Below, one piece after another: positions 7,804 to 17,277 of a stretch of 34,933 nucleotides of DNA; the first letter of the stretch is position 1, and every line of letters begins with the position of its first letter. The position numbers and the translations under genes are program-made. The notes beneath the pieces were generated by a model, which was not told where the DNA came from, did no database searches, and worked only from the letters and a program-made list of their open reading frames with translations. The stretch is from IMG/VR virus record IMGVR_UViG_3300007165_000002. One strand, given 5' to 3'. Source of the stretch: a virus.

Positions 7804-10253
7804 CAAACAATAGTCCAGACTGAGCCAGAGGGCACCGATACTGTGACCCCGCTATCAATAGAAATCGGGCCGCTTGAAAGTGCATTGTTACCAGCCGTGA
7901 TCGAGTAGTTCGCACTGATGGTCGCAGCGTTCTCCCACAATCCATAAGATGTGATGTTCGACCCGCCGCCAATCGCACCCCAGGCCGTGCCGTCATAGCC
8001 CTCAAAAGCGTCCGTATCATCGTTGAACCGGAACATACCCGCAGCCGGTGTGCCTGGTCTTTCGGCTTCCGTTCCGACCGGAACCTTGATCGCACTTGTC
8101 CCGCCCAGGCTAAAGAGGCCGTTGGAGGGGTTGAATTGCAGTTTGGTAGACGATACGTCCAGGGTCGTTTCGTTGCCCGTGGTCAGTTCGGAGAACGTGA
8201 TGTAACGGGTCGCATTGGTCGTGGTGTCATCGGTAATCGTGACGCCGGAGGTGTCAGATGACCAGGTCGGAACACCAGAGGCTAGTTTTAGCACCTGGCC
8301 ATCGGAACCCGCGGCCAAGAATGTCGTGGTGTTGGATGCGGATTGGTATGGCAGAGAGCCCGTAGCGCCACCGGCCAGGCTGGTTGCAAGCCCTGCGGTA
8401 ACGGTGGACGGTGCCCTATTTTCCCACCGGCCTTCCGCGTTGTCCCAAACAATCAGGTCGTTGTCTGACGGGCTGATGGCATAGACGTTGGACAGGTCAT
8501 TCAGGCGTGGCTCAAACGTGGGCCGCACAAACACGGTTCCGTTGGCGGCAGCATAAACCACCGCGCAGACCTGAACCTTGGCATTTGGTGCGGTCGGTAC
8601 GTTTTTAGACAGACCACCCGTAACCGCTGGGTTGTAATAAAGGACGTCACCGTTTGCCCAGGTTTCACTCGATGCGGAACCCGTGGTGTCAAACCCACGA
8701 ACCTCGCCAAATGAGGACACATAGCCCCATGAGTTCAGAGTAATGTCCTCGGCAGCAATGCCCAGAATGTATGAGCCGGTCGCAGCCGTTAGACCGGTGG
8801 CCGGTGCAGCAGTCAGACCACCAGAGGCGCCCAGGGTGCCGGTGAACATAACCACCTGGCCCTTGGTGATGGCGCTTGATGCCTTGACGCGGTAATACTG
8901 ATCCTCGCCAATTTGCTGAAGTACGGTGCCGCCAGCCATGACCACTTCCAGGCTTTGGCAGTTGTCGGCATCGTTCCATGACACCGAACCCGCACCGCCC
9001 ACCACGCCGGTCGGGGTGACATCAAAGTTCAGTTCGGTGATGTTTTGCAGGGCACCAGCGTCAGACAGGGTGATGGCTGAGTTCTGAATAACCTTGCCGG
9101 TCGTGCCATCGAAACGCGCCAGAGCGTTGTCGGTCGATGAGGCGGGTCCGGAAACGTCACCAGCAGCCGCGGGGGTTGCCCAGGACGGAACACCAGCCGC
9201 AAGGGTGAGAACCTGGCCGTTGGTGCCAGCCGCGAGGAACGTAGTCGTGTTAGACCCGCTTTGATAGGGCAGCGAACCGGTCGCACCGCCACCCAAATTG
9301 GTTGCGGTTGTTGCAGTTGTTGCGGTTGTTGCGGTCGCGGCGTTGCCCGAAATGGAGCCTGTAATCGTGTTTGAGACCGTCAAATCGGTCAGGGTGCCCA
9401 CACCTGTGATGCCGCTATAAGAGCCGCTCAGACGGGCGGAATCGATGGTTCCAGAGGTGATTTGGCTGCCGGCAATCGCAATGTTTGTGTTTGCGGCGGC
9501 GGTCAGTTGACCCTGGGCGTTAACCGTAAAGGTTGCGACCTGGCTTCCAGAACCATAAGAGGCTGCGGTGACGGCGGTGTTGGTGATGCTGAACGTGTTG
9601 GCCGCAAGAGTCAGGCCAGTTCCGGCAAAGTAAGTGCCCGCAACGCTGAAGTTTGACCAAGTGACATCGGTTGTGCCGAGAGTTCCGCCTTGCTGAACGT
9701 AGCAATACCAGGCGGAGCCAGCCTGTGAACCTTCCTCCACAAACACCATCGCGGAGACCAGTTCGTCCCAGGTGTTGGCATCTTCAGACCGCGTCCAGGG
9801 CGTTCCGACAATGTAAATGCCGTTTTCCTCGCCATCGGTCTGGTTCTTAACCAGGACTCGGTCACCCGCAGTCACCGAAACGGTGTCAATTGTCTGAGCG
9901 CCAGACAGGGTGATGTTGGCAGTTGTAGCCGCCAGGACGGGTTGTTTCCAAGAAATACCCGCGATAGCCGCGTCAACGTAGAGTTTGTTGGTCAGGTCAT
10001 AGTTGCCTGACGGGACTGTGGTGGCCGTGGCCGTGGTGAACGCAGCCGCAGCGGGGGTTGTCTGGCCGATAACAGTACTGTTAATCGTACTGTTGGTGAT
10101 GTTGACACCGTCAAGATTGGGGTTGACCGGTGCGTAAAAAGGCGTTCCGCCTGGGCCAATGAACGAAATAATCTCGTAAGGCGGCAGCGGTTCAAACGTG
10201 CCTTGAACCGTAATGAGGTTAGTCGTTACGGTCTTTGCGGTGTCATTAGCCAT
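7803..10253 (-). CDS. Large tail fibre protein (816 aa)
   Basis: Shows NKLYVDAAIAGISWKQPV..TIDTVSVTAGDRVLVKNQTDGEENGIYIV...W.RSEDA, ALARFDGTTGKVIQNS, two GSLPYQS..NTTTFLAAG..GQVL.LA.GVP.W modules, and C-terminal FRFNDDTDAFEGYDGTAWGAIGG. All are motifs I recognise from phage fibres. Confidence 0.8.
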   Translation of the reverse strand: MANDTAKTVTTNLITVQGTFEPLPPYEIISFIGPGGTPFYAPVNPNLDGVNITNSTINSTVIGQTTPAAAAFTTATATTVPSGNYDLTNKLYVDAAIAGISWKQPVLAATTANITLSGAQTIDTVSVTAGDRVLVKNQTDGEENGIYIVGTPWTRSEDANTWDELVSAMVFVEEGSQAGSAWYCYVQQGGTLGTTDVTWSNFSVAGTYFAGTGLTLAANTFSITNTAVTAASYGSGSQVATFTVNAQGQLTAAANTNIAIAGSQITSGTIDSARLSGSYSGITGVGTLTDLTVSNTITGSISGNAATATTATTATTATNLGGGATGSLPYQSGSNTTTFLAAGTNGQVLTLAAGVPSWATPAAAGDVSGPASSTDNALARFDGTTGKVIQNSAITLSDAGALQNITELNFDVTPTGVVGGAGSVSWNDADNCQSLEVVMAGGTVLQQIGEDQYYRVKASSAITKGQVVMFTGTLGASGGLTAAPATGLTAATGSYILGIAAEDITLNSWGYVSSFGEVRGFDTTGSASSETWANGDVLYYNPAVTGGLSKNVPTAPNAKVQVCAVVYAAANGTVFVRPTFEPRLNDLSNVYAISPSDNDLIVWDNAEGRWENRAPSTVTAGLATSLAGGATGSLPYQSASNTTTFLAAGSDGQVLKLASGVPTWSSDTSGVTITDDTTTNATRYITFSELTTGNETTLDVSSTKLQFNPSNGLFSLGGTSAIKVPVGTEAERPGTPAAGMFRFNDDTDAFEGYDGTAWGAIGGGSNITSYGLWENAATISANYSITAGNNALSSGPISIDSGVTVSVPSGSVWTIV
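9300..9338 (-). repeat. In-frame 9-bp tandem repeat (GTTGCNGTT x4 on the + strand) encoding (TAT)n in the fibre
   Basis: Positions 9301-9340 read gttgcggtt gttgcagtt gttgcggtt gttgcggtc, encoding ATATTATTATTAT. Confidence 0.85.
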
Positions 10254-10262
10254 GACAAATCC

Positions 10263-10595
10263 TTATTCGGTGGCCACCAGCGTCATATACAGGACGTTTG
10301 TACCTGAAGAAATGGCCTTAACGTAGACGTTAGGAGCGCCGCAGTCGATGACCAGCGGAACCAACATCGAGGGTGGCAATACAAACGCGCCACCAGTACC
10401 GGTCGAGGGAATGGCCGGTGTGGCCATGTTCGAGTCGGTGGTGCCAAACGTGATGGCCGCAGTGCCGGTGCCTGTGTTCAACAGGGCAACGCGGAAGGCG
10501 CGGGTCGTTGTGTTTGGAACCAGTTGGAGGGCGCTTGATGCGGAAGTGGTCAGCGACAACGCATAAGTTGGGCTGAGAATCTTGAGGGAGTCCAT
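10263..10595 (-). CDS. Hypothetical structural protein (110 aa)
   Basis: Complete ORF between the head genes and the fibre gene. An SD (AAGGA) lies upstream of the next gene. Composition is beta-rich. Confidence 0.7.
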   Translation of the reverse strand: MDSLKILSPTYALSLTTSASSALQLVPNTTTRAFRVALLNTGTGTAAITFGTTDSNMATPAIPSTGTGGAFVLPPSMLVPLVIDCGAPNVYVKAISSGTNVLYMTLVATE

Positions 10596-10642
10596 AATTT
10601 TCCTCGGAGTTAGTTATCCAATTATCCTATTTCTGGCGGAAA

Positions 10643-10680
10643 TAAAAAAGGGCCATCCCTTGTGAGGATAGCCCTTTTTC
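10643..10680 (-). terminator. Rho-independent terminator/attenuator after the coat plus 80-aa genes
   Basis: Arms 10650-10658 (gggccatcc) and 10666-10674 (ggatagccc) flank a 7-nt loop. The single mismatch becomes a G-U pair in the minus-strand RNA. The hairpin is followed on the minus strand by U6 (aaaaaa at 10644-10649). Confidence 0.75.
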
Positions 10681-10696
10681 GAGGTTTCATCACTAC

Positions 10697-10939
10697 TTAT
10701 GCAGAGGCGATGAGACCTTTTGCTTCCAGCGCAGCAATGATGGCATTGACTGCGGTGGCGATTTCGGTACCGGTCGCACTGTTGCCGATGTCGGCAATCG
10801 TAGCGGCTTGGGCAACGGGGGTTGCACCGTGGAAGGCCAACAGGTCAGCGGCGGTGCCAGCGATTTGAATGCCATCGGTGGAATCGCCGTTGAATAAATA
10901 GTTGGTCGTTTGGCTAGAGGCTGGGCCTGGGTTTGCCAT
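10697..10939 (-). CDS. Small head-associated protein (80 aa), co-expressed with coat
   Basis: Complete ORF directly after the coat gene and before the terminator. The motif LLAFHGATPVAQAATI...AVNAIIAALEAKGLI recurs next to coat genes in other phages (recalled). Confidence 0.7.
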   Translation of the reverse strand: MANPGPASSQTTNYLFNGDSTDGIQIAGTAADLLAFHGATPVAQAATIADIGNSATGTEIATAVNAIIAALEAKGLIASA

Positions 10940-11064
10940 GATTAGTTCCTTTCAGAAAGTTTGTAGTGGGGAGCAGATTGGGCGGTTCAACTAGGCCAGG
11001 TGGAAAGCGGAAAAAACCCTGGCGTCCCGCATCCTCTTATGTCCGCTTAACACTCCCCTCCAAA

Positions 11065-12312
11065 TTAGGCAGCCACTCGGCAAGCCAGTTCAGGGTACAG
11101 GGGCGCCCAACCGTAGAGAACGTCCAGACGGGTGGGGATGGAGTCGTTGTTGATCGTGTACTGACGAACCACACGAATCGACAGGCCAACATCTTTGTCG
11201 CTTGCACGGCCAGCGAAATGGACGCCATCAGGCAGTTCCAGGTCGGCAGTGGCCACGGTGAACGCGTTGCGATGGAACACCAGGTTCTGCGGGCTGACGG
11301 CACCGGTCTTGTTGAACGGTGTGACAACGGCAGTGCTGGAGGTGGTCGTAACGCTTACGTTCTGGAATTGGCCAGCCGTGATGATGGCGGGCGAAACCGT
11401 GACGGAAGCCGAGCCGCCGGAAGTGATGGTAACGGCAGACTGCACAACAAAGTTGCGGAGGACGCCGCCGCCATAAATCTGACGGTTCTGGGGGTTGACT
11501 GCATATACGCCAGCAATCTGGATGGTGTCACCAGCCTTCAGCACCGCATTGGCCGTGGCCGCAGAGATGGTGATGGTGGAGGTCTGAGCCCAGCCAGTGG
11601 TCAGCGAACCGGTAAAGGTTGCCGTGTTGGTGGACATGGTGGCCGTGGAATAAGAACCGTAAGTGTGAGTCACGATGTTCTGATCCATGTACCAGTTCAT
11701 GCCGATGGTGTCGCGACCCATCAGACCCTTCTCGTACTGCTGAGAGATGGTGCCCTGGGGGTTAAACAGTCCCTTGAGCGAACCAACAATGCTGGCACCG
11801 GTGAAGGGGTCAACAACGCAAGAACGCTTGCCATCGCGGGGAGCGCCTTCACCATCCAGGTAAGCCTGGGCGGTCAGGAACGTAGCGATGTCGGAGGGAA
11901 CCGTACCGGCGGAGCCAACGGTGTTGGCAGTCTCAAGGACGGCCATGGTGGTGCCGTCATAGTCCATCTTGTTAGCGATGGCGGCAATGGCGGGCTTCAA
12001 GACGCGATCCGAGAACATATCGAGGCTCAGGGTCAGGTCTTGAGTCGTAAACTGGGTGTCAACGTGGAATTGAGTGTCCAGAGTCACGGGGGTTGAGGTT
12101 TCGTTGAAGTCCTCTACGTTCAGCGCAGGGCCGGTCGTACCGATGAAACGGCCAGGACGGCGGACGTTCACGGTGTTACCAATCTTGGCGCCAACAATGG
12201 CGAATTGCTCGTCATAAGAACGGTCAACGCGGCCAGTAAAGGTCAGTTCGTTTTCCAAGACCATCAACGCTTCGTTGGTGATCATGGAGATGGTTAGCAA
12301 GTTATTTGCCAT
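11065..12312 (-). CDS. Major capsid protein, P22 coat (gp5) type (415 aa)
   Basis: The N-terminus NLLTISMITNEALMVLENELTFTGRVDRSYDEQFAIVGAKIGNTVNVRRPGRF fits the P22_CoatProtein pattern. Position after the scaffold gene and size are also consistent. Confidence 0.85.
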   Translation of the reverse strand: MANNLLTISMITNEALMVLENELTFTGRVDRSYDEQFAIVGAKIGNTVNVRRPGRFIGTTGPALNVEDFNETSTPVTLDTQFHVDTQFTTQDLTLSLDMFSDRVLKPAIAAIANKMDYDGTTMAVLETANTVGSAGTVPSDIATFLTAQAYLDGEGAPRDGKRSCVVDPFTGASIVGSLKGLFNPQGTISQQYEKGLMGRDTIGMNWYMDQNIVTHTYGSYSTATMSTNTATFTGSLTTGWAQTSTITISAATANAVLKAGDTIQIAGVYAVNPQNRQIYGGGVLRNFVVQSAVTITSGGSASVTVSPAIITAGQFQNVSVTTTSSTAVVTPFNKTGAVSPQNLVFHRNAFTVATADLELPDGVHFAGRASDKDVGLSIRVVRQYTINNDSIPTRLDVLYGWAPLYPELACRVAA

Positions 12313-12342
12313 TTTGATTCTCCAAATAAGTTAGGGTGTTCG

Positions 12343-13278
12343 TCACCTGATTTTCCCCGCAGCGCGTGCGGCCTTCCACTGGGCAAACGTGCCATGGAAT
12401 TGCCTGTTGGCATCCAGGGTAACGTCTGCGGCGCTTCCGGTCGTGCGTAGCGGCGTAATCGGTGCCGGTGCATTTGACTTCTTCGCAACAGGTGTCGGTT
12501 GCTTGGCTTTGGGCGCAGTCTTTTCAAACTGTGCTTCGAGCCGCCCTATGGCCCTGAGTTGGGCTGGAATCGACTTTTGGGCCAATTCCTGAGCGAATTC
12601 TGGATTCTCGGCCAGGTAATACATGATTTTTGGGCCGACATCACTTTCGATAATTGCATCAGTCACGGGCTGAGATACTGAAACGTCACTCGATGCAATC
12701 ATTTCATCGTAATCGGGCATCTCGGCCTTGGTTGCTTCGAGGCGCTTCTGAAACTCCGACCGGAGTCTCGTCTGTTCCTCTTGCGCCCTGCGGGCCATAT
12801 CCGCCTGATCTCGCTCCCTCAATTTCTTGTCGGCAGTCCACTCGGCCAACGCCTTCGCATATTCGATGGCGTCCTCAAATTGGGCGGGATCGGGTTCTGG
12901 ATCAGGGTCACGCGCCTGTTGGGGTGCGTTTTGTTGCTCCAGCCTTGCCAGCCTTTCTTCGAGTTCCAACCGCGCCTGGCGCTCACGTTCCGCTTCTAAG
13001 CGGGCCGCTTCGCGTTGCTTGGTCAGTTCCGAAAACCGCTTTTCAAGTTTCGGGTTTTGCTTCTTTTCACCTGTCGCAGCCTCTTTCTCGCCTTCGGGTT
13101 CACTCTCAGCCTGTTGCTCAACCATCGGCTCCGCCTCATTAGCGGCCTCAACGGGAGCAGATTCAGGGGCTAAACCCAATTTCTTGGCAGTAAATTCGGC
13201 CAAATTCTCACTCGTAATAACATTCGCAGCCTGTTTGGGTTGCGGTGTCGTATCGACTACTTGTGCTGCATCAGACAT
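12343..13278 (-). CDS. Scaffolding protein (311 aa)
   Basis: Highly charged and helical (EAERERQARLELEERLARLEQQ...). Lies between the portal and coat genes. Confidence 0.8.
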   Translation of the reverse strand: MSDAAQVVDTTPQPKQAANVITSENLAEFTAKKLGLAPESAPVEAANEAEPMVEQQAESEPEGEKEAATGEKKQNPKLEKRFSELTKQREAARLEAERERQARLELEERLARLEQQNAPQQARDPDPEPDPAQFEDAIEYAKALAEWTADKKLRERDQADMARRAQEEQTRLRSEFQKRLEATKAEMPDYDEMIASSDVSVSQPVTDAIIESDVGPKIMYYLAENPEFAQELAQKSIPAQLRAIGRLEAQFEKTAPKAKQPTPVAKKSNAPAPITPLRTTGSAADVTLDANRQFHGTFAQWKAARAAGKIR

Positions 13279-13354
13279 GGATTACTCCAAGAATAAACCC
13301 GATGAACCCATCGGTAGGTAATGCTATTAAAAACCGTTAATTGATAGGTGTCAA

Positions 13355-15616
13355 CTATGCTGGCCCCATCGGTACGCCAGGAATCATCGGCTGCTGCGGT
13401 TGCTCTTGCATGGCCCTCATCGCGGCCAGTTGGTTGGCCTCTTGTCCGATGTTGGGGCCAGGCTCAAAGCCCGCGGTCGCAATCTGCATCTCTTGCTGGA
13501 GGAACGGGTTCGCACTCTGGTTAACCTCTTGCTCAGAGAATTGGAACGTGTCGGCTTGCTCCATGTCGCGGCGGTCGATTTCGGCCTGTAATTGGCGGAT
13601 GTCCATGCCCTTGAGCAGCAGTTTGGTGATGGCATCGAGTTCGCCACGGTTCTGGTCGGCCTCGGTTCGCATGATTTGCTGGTTGACCTTGGCCTCGTTG
13701 ATGGTGTCGGTGTTGTAAGCCCGTGAGGTGACATCCATCAGTTTGCGGCGGTTCTGGCCTTCCTCTTTGATCTTCGTGACGTCTAGTTGATGCTGGAGGT
13801 TCATGGTCAGCGCAGCCAGTTGCTCCTGGAGGTCAGCGATTTGCTTCTGGCTGGCCATGAGTTGCATCTGAACCTGGGGCGGAATCTCGGACTTCTCATC
13901 AATCTGGGCCAGGGGATTCGATGCGGCCAGGCGGTCAGCAATGATGTCCGCACCTGGAAAGTCCATGTTGCGGAACACCAGGTCACCCGCAGCCTGGAAT
14001 AGCGCGGGGTTGGCCTGGAGCAGGGGCACCATAGCCTCCACGGCCTCCTGGCGCTTAGACTGATAGCCTGGGCCGGTATCCATGAACACGTCATACTCGC
14101 CCACGGTGACGTCATTTAGCACCTTCTCGGCGCCCATCTCATCGACCACGCGCTGGTTAATAGTGACCATCTCGGGCGTGTTGTCGTAACCAATGATCCG
14201 CATGACCCGCTCTTTGTCGTAAATCTTCGGGATCAGGTCGAGGATGATTCGGCCCGTCTGTTTGAGGGAGCGGGTCAGGTTGTCGTAGAAATGGAAGTTG
14301 GTCAGGTCAATCTGCATCTGTTGGCCACGGATGGCCTTACCAGACTGATTCCCCTGGGCAAACATATTGGGGTCATAAATGCCGACCACGGTTTGCAAGT
14401 CAGAGTTGATGCTCTCAGACGCAGCAATGACGCCAGCCGGCGGAGGTTCTGGCTGGAGGCGCTGGGGCACGGGAGCCGGTTGGCCCTCGATGTCCTTCTG
14501 TTTGTAGCGCAGAACCGGCGTGGCCTTGACGTTGGCCTGTGCCCACTCGTTCTCATGGCCCTCGTCCTGACCTTCGGCTAGCAGCCACTTGGCCTTGGGA
14601 GCCAGGGCAACGGACTCAGTCAGGGCCGTCCGCCAGTAGTTATACATACGCTGCGGGTCTTTGGCCTGGCGAACCAGACCATACTTGGTGCGCTTGGAGT
14701 CAACTACCAGTTGTTGACCGTAGACGGGGACAATGGGGATATATTTGCCTGGCCAGACGCTTTCTTCCAACACTTCGAGGCCGGTCAATTTGCACCACTT
14801 AACCTGTTTTCGCATGGTCTCGCGCTCGGCCACCACGGTAATCCCCGCGGCTTCCAAAATGTCAGCGCTGGGCGCCTCGTCCTGAAACACCTGAGTTCCG
14901 TCAGAGAGCAGCAGAAGTTTGCTTTTTTTGCGCTCAACGTAGAAATACTCGGCCACGCGGATGTCATCTTTCATCACCCAGTCGGAGTCAGAGTCACCGG
15001 TGCCGCGCTCATTAAAGTTAGCGCCATCGTCCGCACCAGGGTACTCGGCACGGAATTTCTTCTTGCTAATCACCTCGGTGACTAGGCACCGTTCAGCGTC
15101 CGAACCATCAGGCAAAACAGAGTTAGGGTCAAAATAAACAGTAAACGGGTTGTCGATGGGCTTAATGTAAATCTCTTGGTCGAACGAATCCTCACGAATG
15201 TAGTCCGTGACCACTCGCCAATAGCCCCAACCCATGCGAACCGCAAACTCGAACGCGGTGTCGTAGGCGGCTTCGGCATCGGAGTTCACCTCAATGTGTT
15301 TGAAGATGCCCGTGATGATGTCCGCGACCTTTGCATTGGCCGCAGAGTTCATCGAGTGGGCTTTCATGCGGGGACGCGCCTGGCGCTGCTGGTTGCAGAC
15401 CTGGCGGATGAATCCCTCAAGTTTGTTGATTGTCAGGCATGGACGGGCTTCGAGGTTGCGGGAGTTCTGCACCTCGACTGGCCACTGATCACCAGATGAG
15501 AATTTAAGGTCTTGAAGCGCCTCTTGGCGGTTCTCGGAATCCGCATCGTTTGCGGCCTTTAGAAATTCCTGGGCCTTCTGAATCCGCTCGTCCGGCCCCA
15601 TGTTGGTCTTTGCCAT
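13355..15616 (-). CDS. Portal protein with long C-terminal coiled-coil barrel (753 aa), P22-like
   Basis: Supported by size, position after terL, and a ~150-aa helical Q/E-rich C-terminus (QIADLQEQLAALTMNLQHQLDVTKIKEEGQNRR...), as in the P22 portal. Confidence 0.85.
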   Translation of the reverse strand: MAKTNMGPDERIQKAQEFLKAANDADSENRQEALQDLKFSSGDQWPVEVQNSRNLEARPCLTINKLEGFIRQVCNQQRQARPRMKAHSMNSAANAKVADIITGIFKHIEVNSDAEAAYDTAFEFAVRMGWGYWRVVTDYIREDSFDQEIYIKPIDNPFTVYFDPNSVLPDGSDAERCLVTEVISKKKFRAEYPGADDGANFNERGTGDSDSDWVMKDDIRVAEYFYVERKKSKLLLLSDGTQVFQDEAPSADILEAAGITVVAERETMRKQVKWCKLTGLEVLEESVWPGKYIPIVPVYGQQLVVDSKRTKYGLVRQAKDPQRMYNYWRTALTESVALAPKAKWLLAEGQDEGHENEWAQANVKATPVLRYKQKDIEGQPAPVPQRLQPEPPPAGVIAASESINSDLQTVVGIYDPNMFAQGNQSGKAIRGQQMQIDLTNFHFYDNLTRSLKQTGRIILDLIPKIYDKERVMRIIGYDNTPEMVTINQRVVDEMGAEKVLNDVTVGEYDVFMDTGPGYQSKRQEAVEAMVPLLQANPALFQAAGDLVFRNMDFPGADIIADRLAASNPLAQIDEKSEIPPQVQMQLMASQKQIADLQEQLAALTMNLQHQLDVTKIKEEGQNRRKLMDVTSRAYNTDTINEAKVNQQIMRTEADQNRGELDAITKLLLKGMDIRQLQAEIDRRDMEQADTFQFSEQEVNQSANPFLQQEMQIATAGFEPGPNIGQEANQLAAMRAMQEQPQQPMIPGVPMGPA

Positions 15617-15619
15617 TTG

Positions 15620-16912
15620 TTACCCCATCCAATTTCCAGGTGTTTGGTAAACGGGCTTTTTGGGCGCTGGCCTTCTCGGCTCGTTGACCACCAGTCCAAT
15701 ATAGCGAAACGCATCCGCACCGTGTGAATAAATGTCGTGCAAAGGCGTTTTACTAAATTGTTTCGTATCTGGGTCAACATCATACCGGTAGTGACGCAAA
15801 CACTGAAGCCCCTGGTAGCAGTTCTCTTGGTCAAAATAACACTTCGAGAAGATAGTCCTGGCCGCGTTGATCGAGTCGGCCACGGGCACCCTGGGCGTGA
15901 TTTGTACCTTGTAACCCGCAGCCCTCACGATGTCGGCAATTGACCGTCCCGCAGCAGCCAGGGTTGTGTTCTCCGCGTCATGGGGCAGCCACATGGTGTC
16001 GAACACATAACCAAACTTCTGCATCTCGGCCAGGTAGTAGGACATGGTTTTCTGGTTGTCCTCCAGGTAGCGGATCAGCCGAATCTCGAACCCAATGAAT
16101 TGCACGAACCAGATGGCCGTATTGTCCGCCCAGCCCAGGTCGAACACCGCGTGGACTGGCTTGCTGGAATCGTAAGGCACCCGCGTTATCTGGCCGTTGA
16201 TGTCGGCCATAGTCAGTTCTTTAGCGAACACTGCACCGTCAACAGTCTGGCGGCAGACGCCTTCCCAGACCATGTTGTACGCCTCAGGGTCGCGGTTTTG
16301 CAGCGCGTCCTTTTCCTCGCGTAGGGTCTGCGGGAACCAGGGATTGTCGCGCCAGGTGATTTTCTGCACCACGGCATTGGGCGGTGGGCTGACCACAAAC
16401 CGCTGGTAGGTGTCATCGGTCTCCAGTTCTGGGTTGAACGTGATCCAGATTTCCGAGTTGTCTTTACGGATGGTCGGGATCAGCACGTTCCACGATGTTT
16501 TGGAAACCGTCTGGGCTTCCTCCACCCAGCAGATGTCCACGCCCTCAAAGGACTTGACGTTGGTGATGTTGTTCTTCAGCCCAATAAAGAAGAATTCCGA
16601 GCCGTTCTTGCCTCGGATGGTGGTCTGGGTTATTTCGTAGAACGAGCCCAGGCCCATGGCGTCAATCTGGTCGCTCAACAGTTTGTGAACCGAGTCTTTG
16701 ATTGAGACCTGGAATTCACGGGCGCAGAGTATGCGAGTTGGGCTTTTGGCTCCCAGGATCAGAAGTGCTCTGGCCACGCCCCAGGACTTGGCCCCGCCTC
16801 GGCCACCGTAGAGAACCTTGTAGCGCTTGGGCTGAAACAGGCAAGCGAGTTTCTGCGGGAATTCCGCAGTCGGGATGGCTTGCTGGACTTCGGGCTCTAG
16901 CAGTTCAGTCAT
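15620..16912 (-). CDS. terL: Terminase large subunit, PBSX/Terminase_3-like (430 aa)
   Basis: Walker A motif YKVLYGGRGGAKSWGVARALL, followed by ICWVEEA (Walker B-like) and a C-terminal nuclease region. Confidence 0.9.
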   Translation of the reverse strand: MTELLEPEVQQAIPTAEFPQKLACLFQPKRYKVLYGGRGGAKSWGVARALLILGAKSPTRILCAREFQVSIKDSVHKLLSDQIDAMGLGSFYEITQTTIRGKNGSEFFFIGLKNNITNVKSFEGVDICWVEEAQTVSKTSWNVLIPTIRKDNSEIWITFNPELETDDTYQRFVVSPPPNAVVQKITWRDNPWFPQTLREEKDALQNRDPEAYNMVWEGVCRQTVDGAVFAKELTMADINGQITRVPYDSSKPVHAVFDLGWADNTAIWFVQFIGFEIRLIRYLEDNQKTMSYYLAEMQKFGYVFDTMWLPHDAENTTLAAAGRSIADIVRAAGYKVQITPRVPVADSINAARTIFSKCYFDQENCYQGLQCLRHYRYDVDPDTKQFSKTPLHDIYSHGADAFRYIGLVVNEPRRPAPKKPVYQTPGNWMG

Positions 16913-17174
16913 CGGTCGGCTTCACAAACATGACCTGGATGCCAGACAGAAGCGGGGTTCCATCGGAGTTCTGCATCTCGGTTGTTTGGACGGCCTTTCC
17001 ATCCAGGCGGTCGATGACTTCTTTGACGGCCCAGGCTTCGCCCAGTTCGGCTTGCGTTACCAGTTGATTGACGATTTTCTCAAGTCGGTGAGGTTCTTGA
17101 ACCAGGCATTTTCTCAGCCTGTCATAGAACATCTTGCCTTTGACGGCATTGCTATTTCCAATCGGTGCGGCCAT
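16905..17174 (-). CDS. terS: Terminase small subunit (89 aa)
   Basis: N-terminal PIGNSNAVKGKMF motif (GNxNA, typical of small terminases). 8-nt overlap with terL. Confidence 0.7.
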   Translation of the reverse strand: MAAPIGNSNAVKGKMFYDRLRKCLVQEPHRLEKIVNQLVTQAELGEAWAVKEVIDRLDGKAVQTTEMQNSDGTPLLSGIQVMFVKPTDD

Positions 17175-17209
17175 ATAAATTGACTCAATCTATAAGTTCC
17201 AGTGGTGGA

Positions 17210-17238
17210 ATGATAATTCGTTTACGGTTCGTTGTGAA
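17210..17238 (-). promoter_or_regulatory. Candidate sigma70-like promoter for the late (terS...) operon
   Basis: Minus strand reads TTCACA (17238-17233), a 17-nt spacer, then TATCAT (17215-17210), about 35 nt upstream of the terS ATG. Confidence 0.35.
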
Positions 17239-17277
17239 GATGGTAGACTGTAAACGGTAAATCTAAGGGGAATTAAG

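Noticed and set aside
10966-12096. 376-aa plus-strand ORF
   Set aside because: It is entirely antisense to the well-supported P22-type coat gene. Its G/R/S-rich, low-complexity composition is typical of spurious antisense ORFs in GC-rich coding DNA. It has no SD.
13300-13315. Hairpin CCGATG-aacc-CATCGG between the portal and scaffold genes
   Set aside because: The stem is only 6 bp and the downstream U-tract on the minus strand (guuuauucuu) is weak and interrupted. That is insufficient to call a terminator.
12654-13321. 162-aa and 164-aa plus-strand ORFs
   Set aside because: They are antisense to the scaffold gene. Their S/A/P/R-rich composition mirrors the E/K/A-rich scaffold codons, and they overlap each other.
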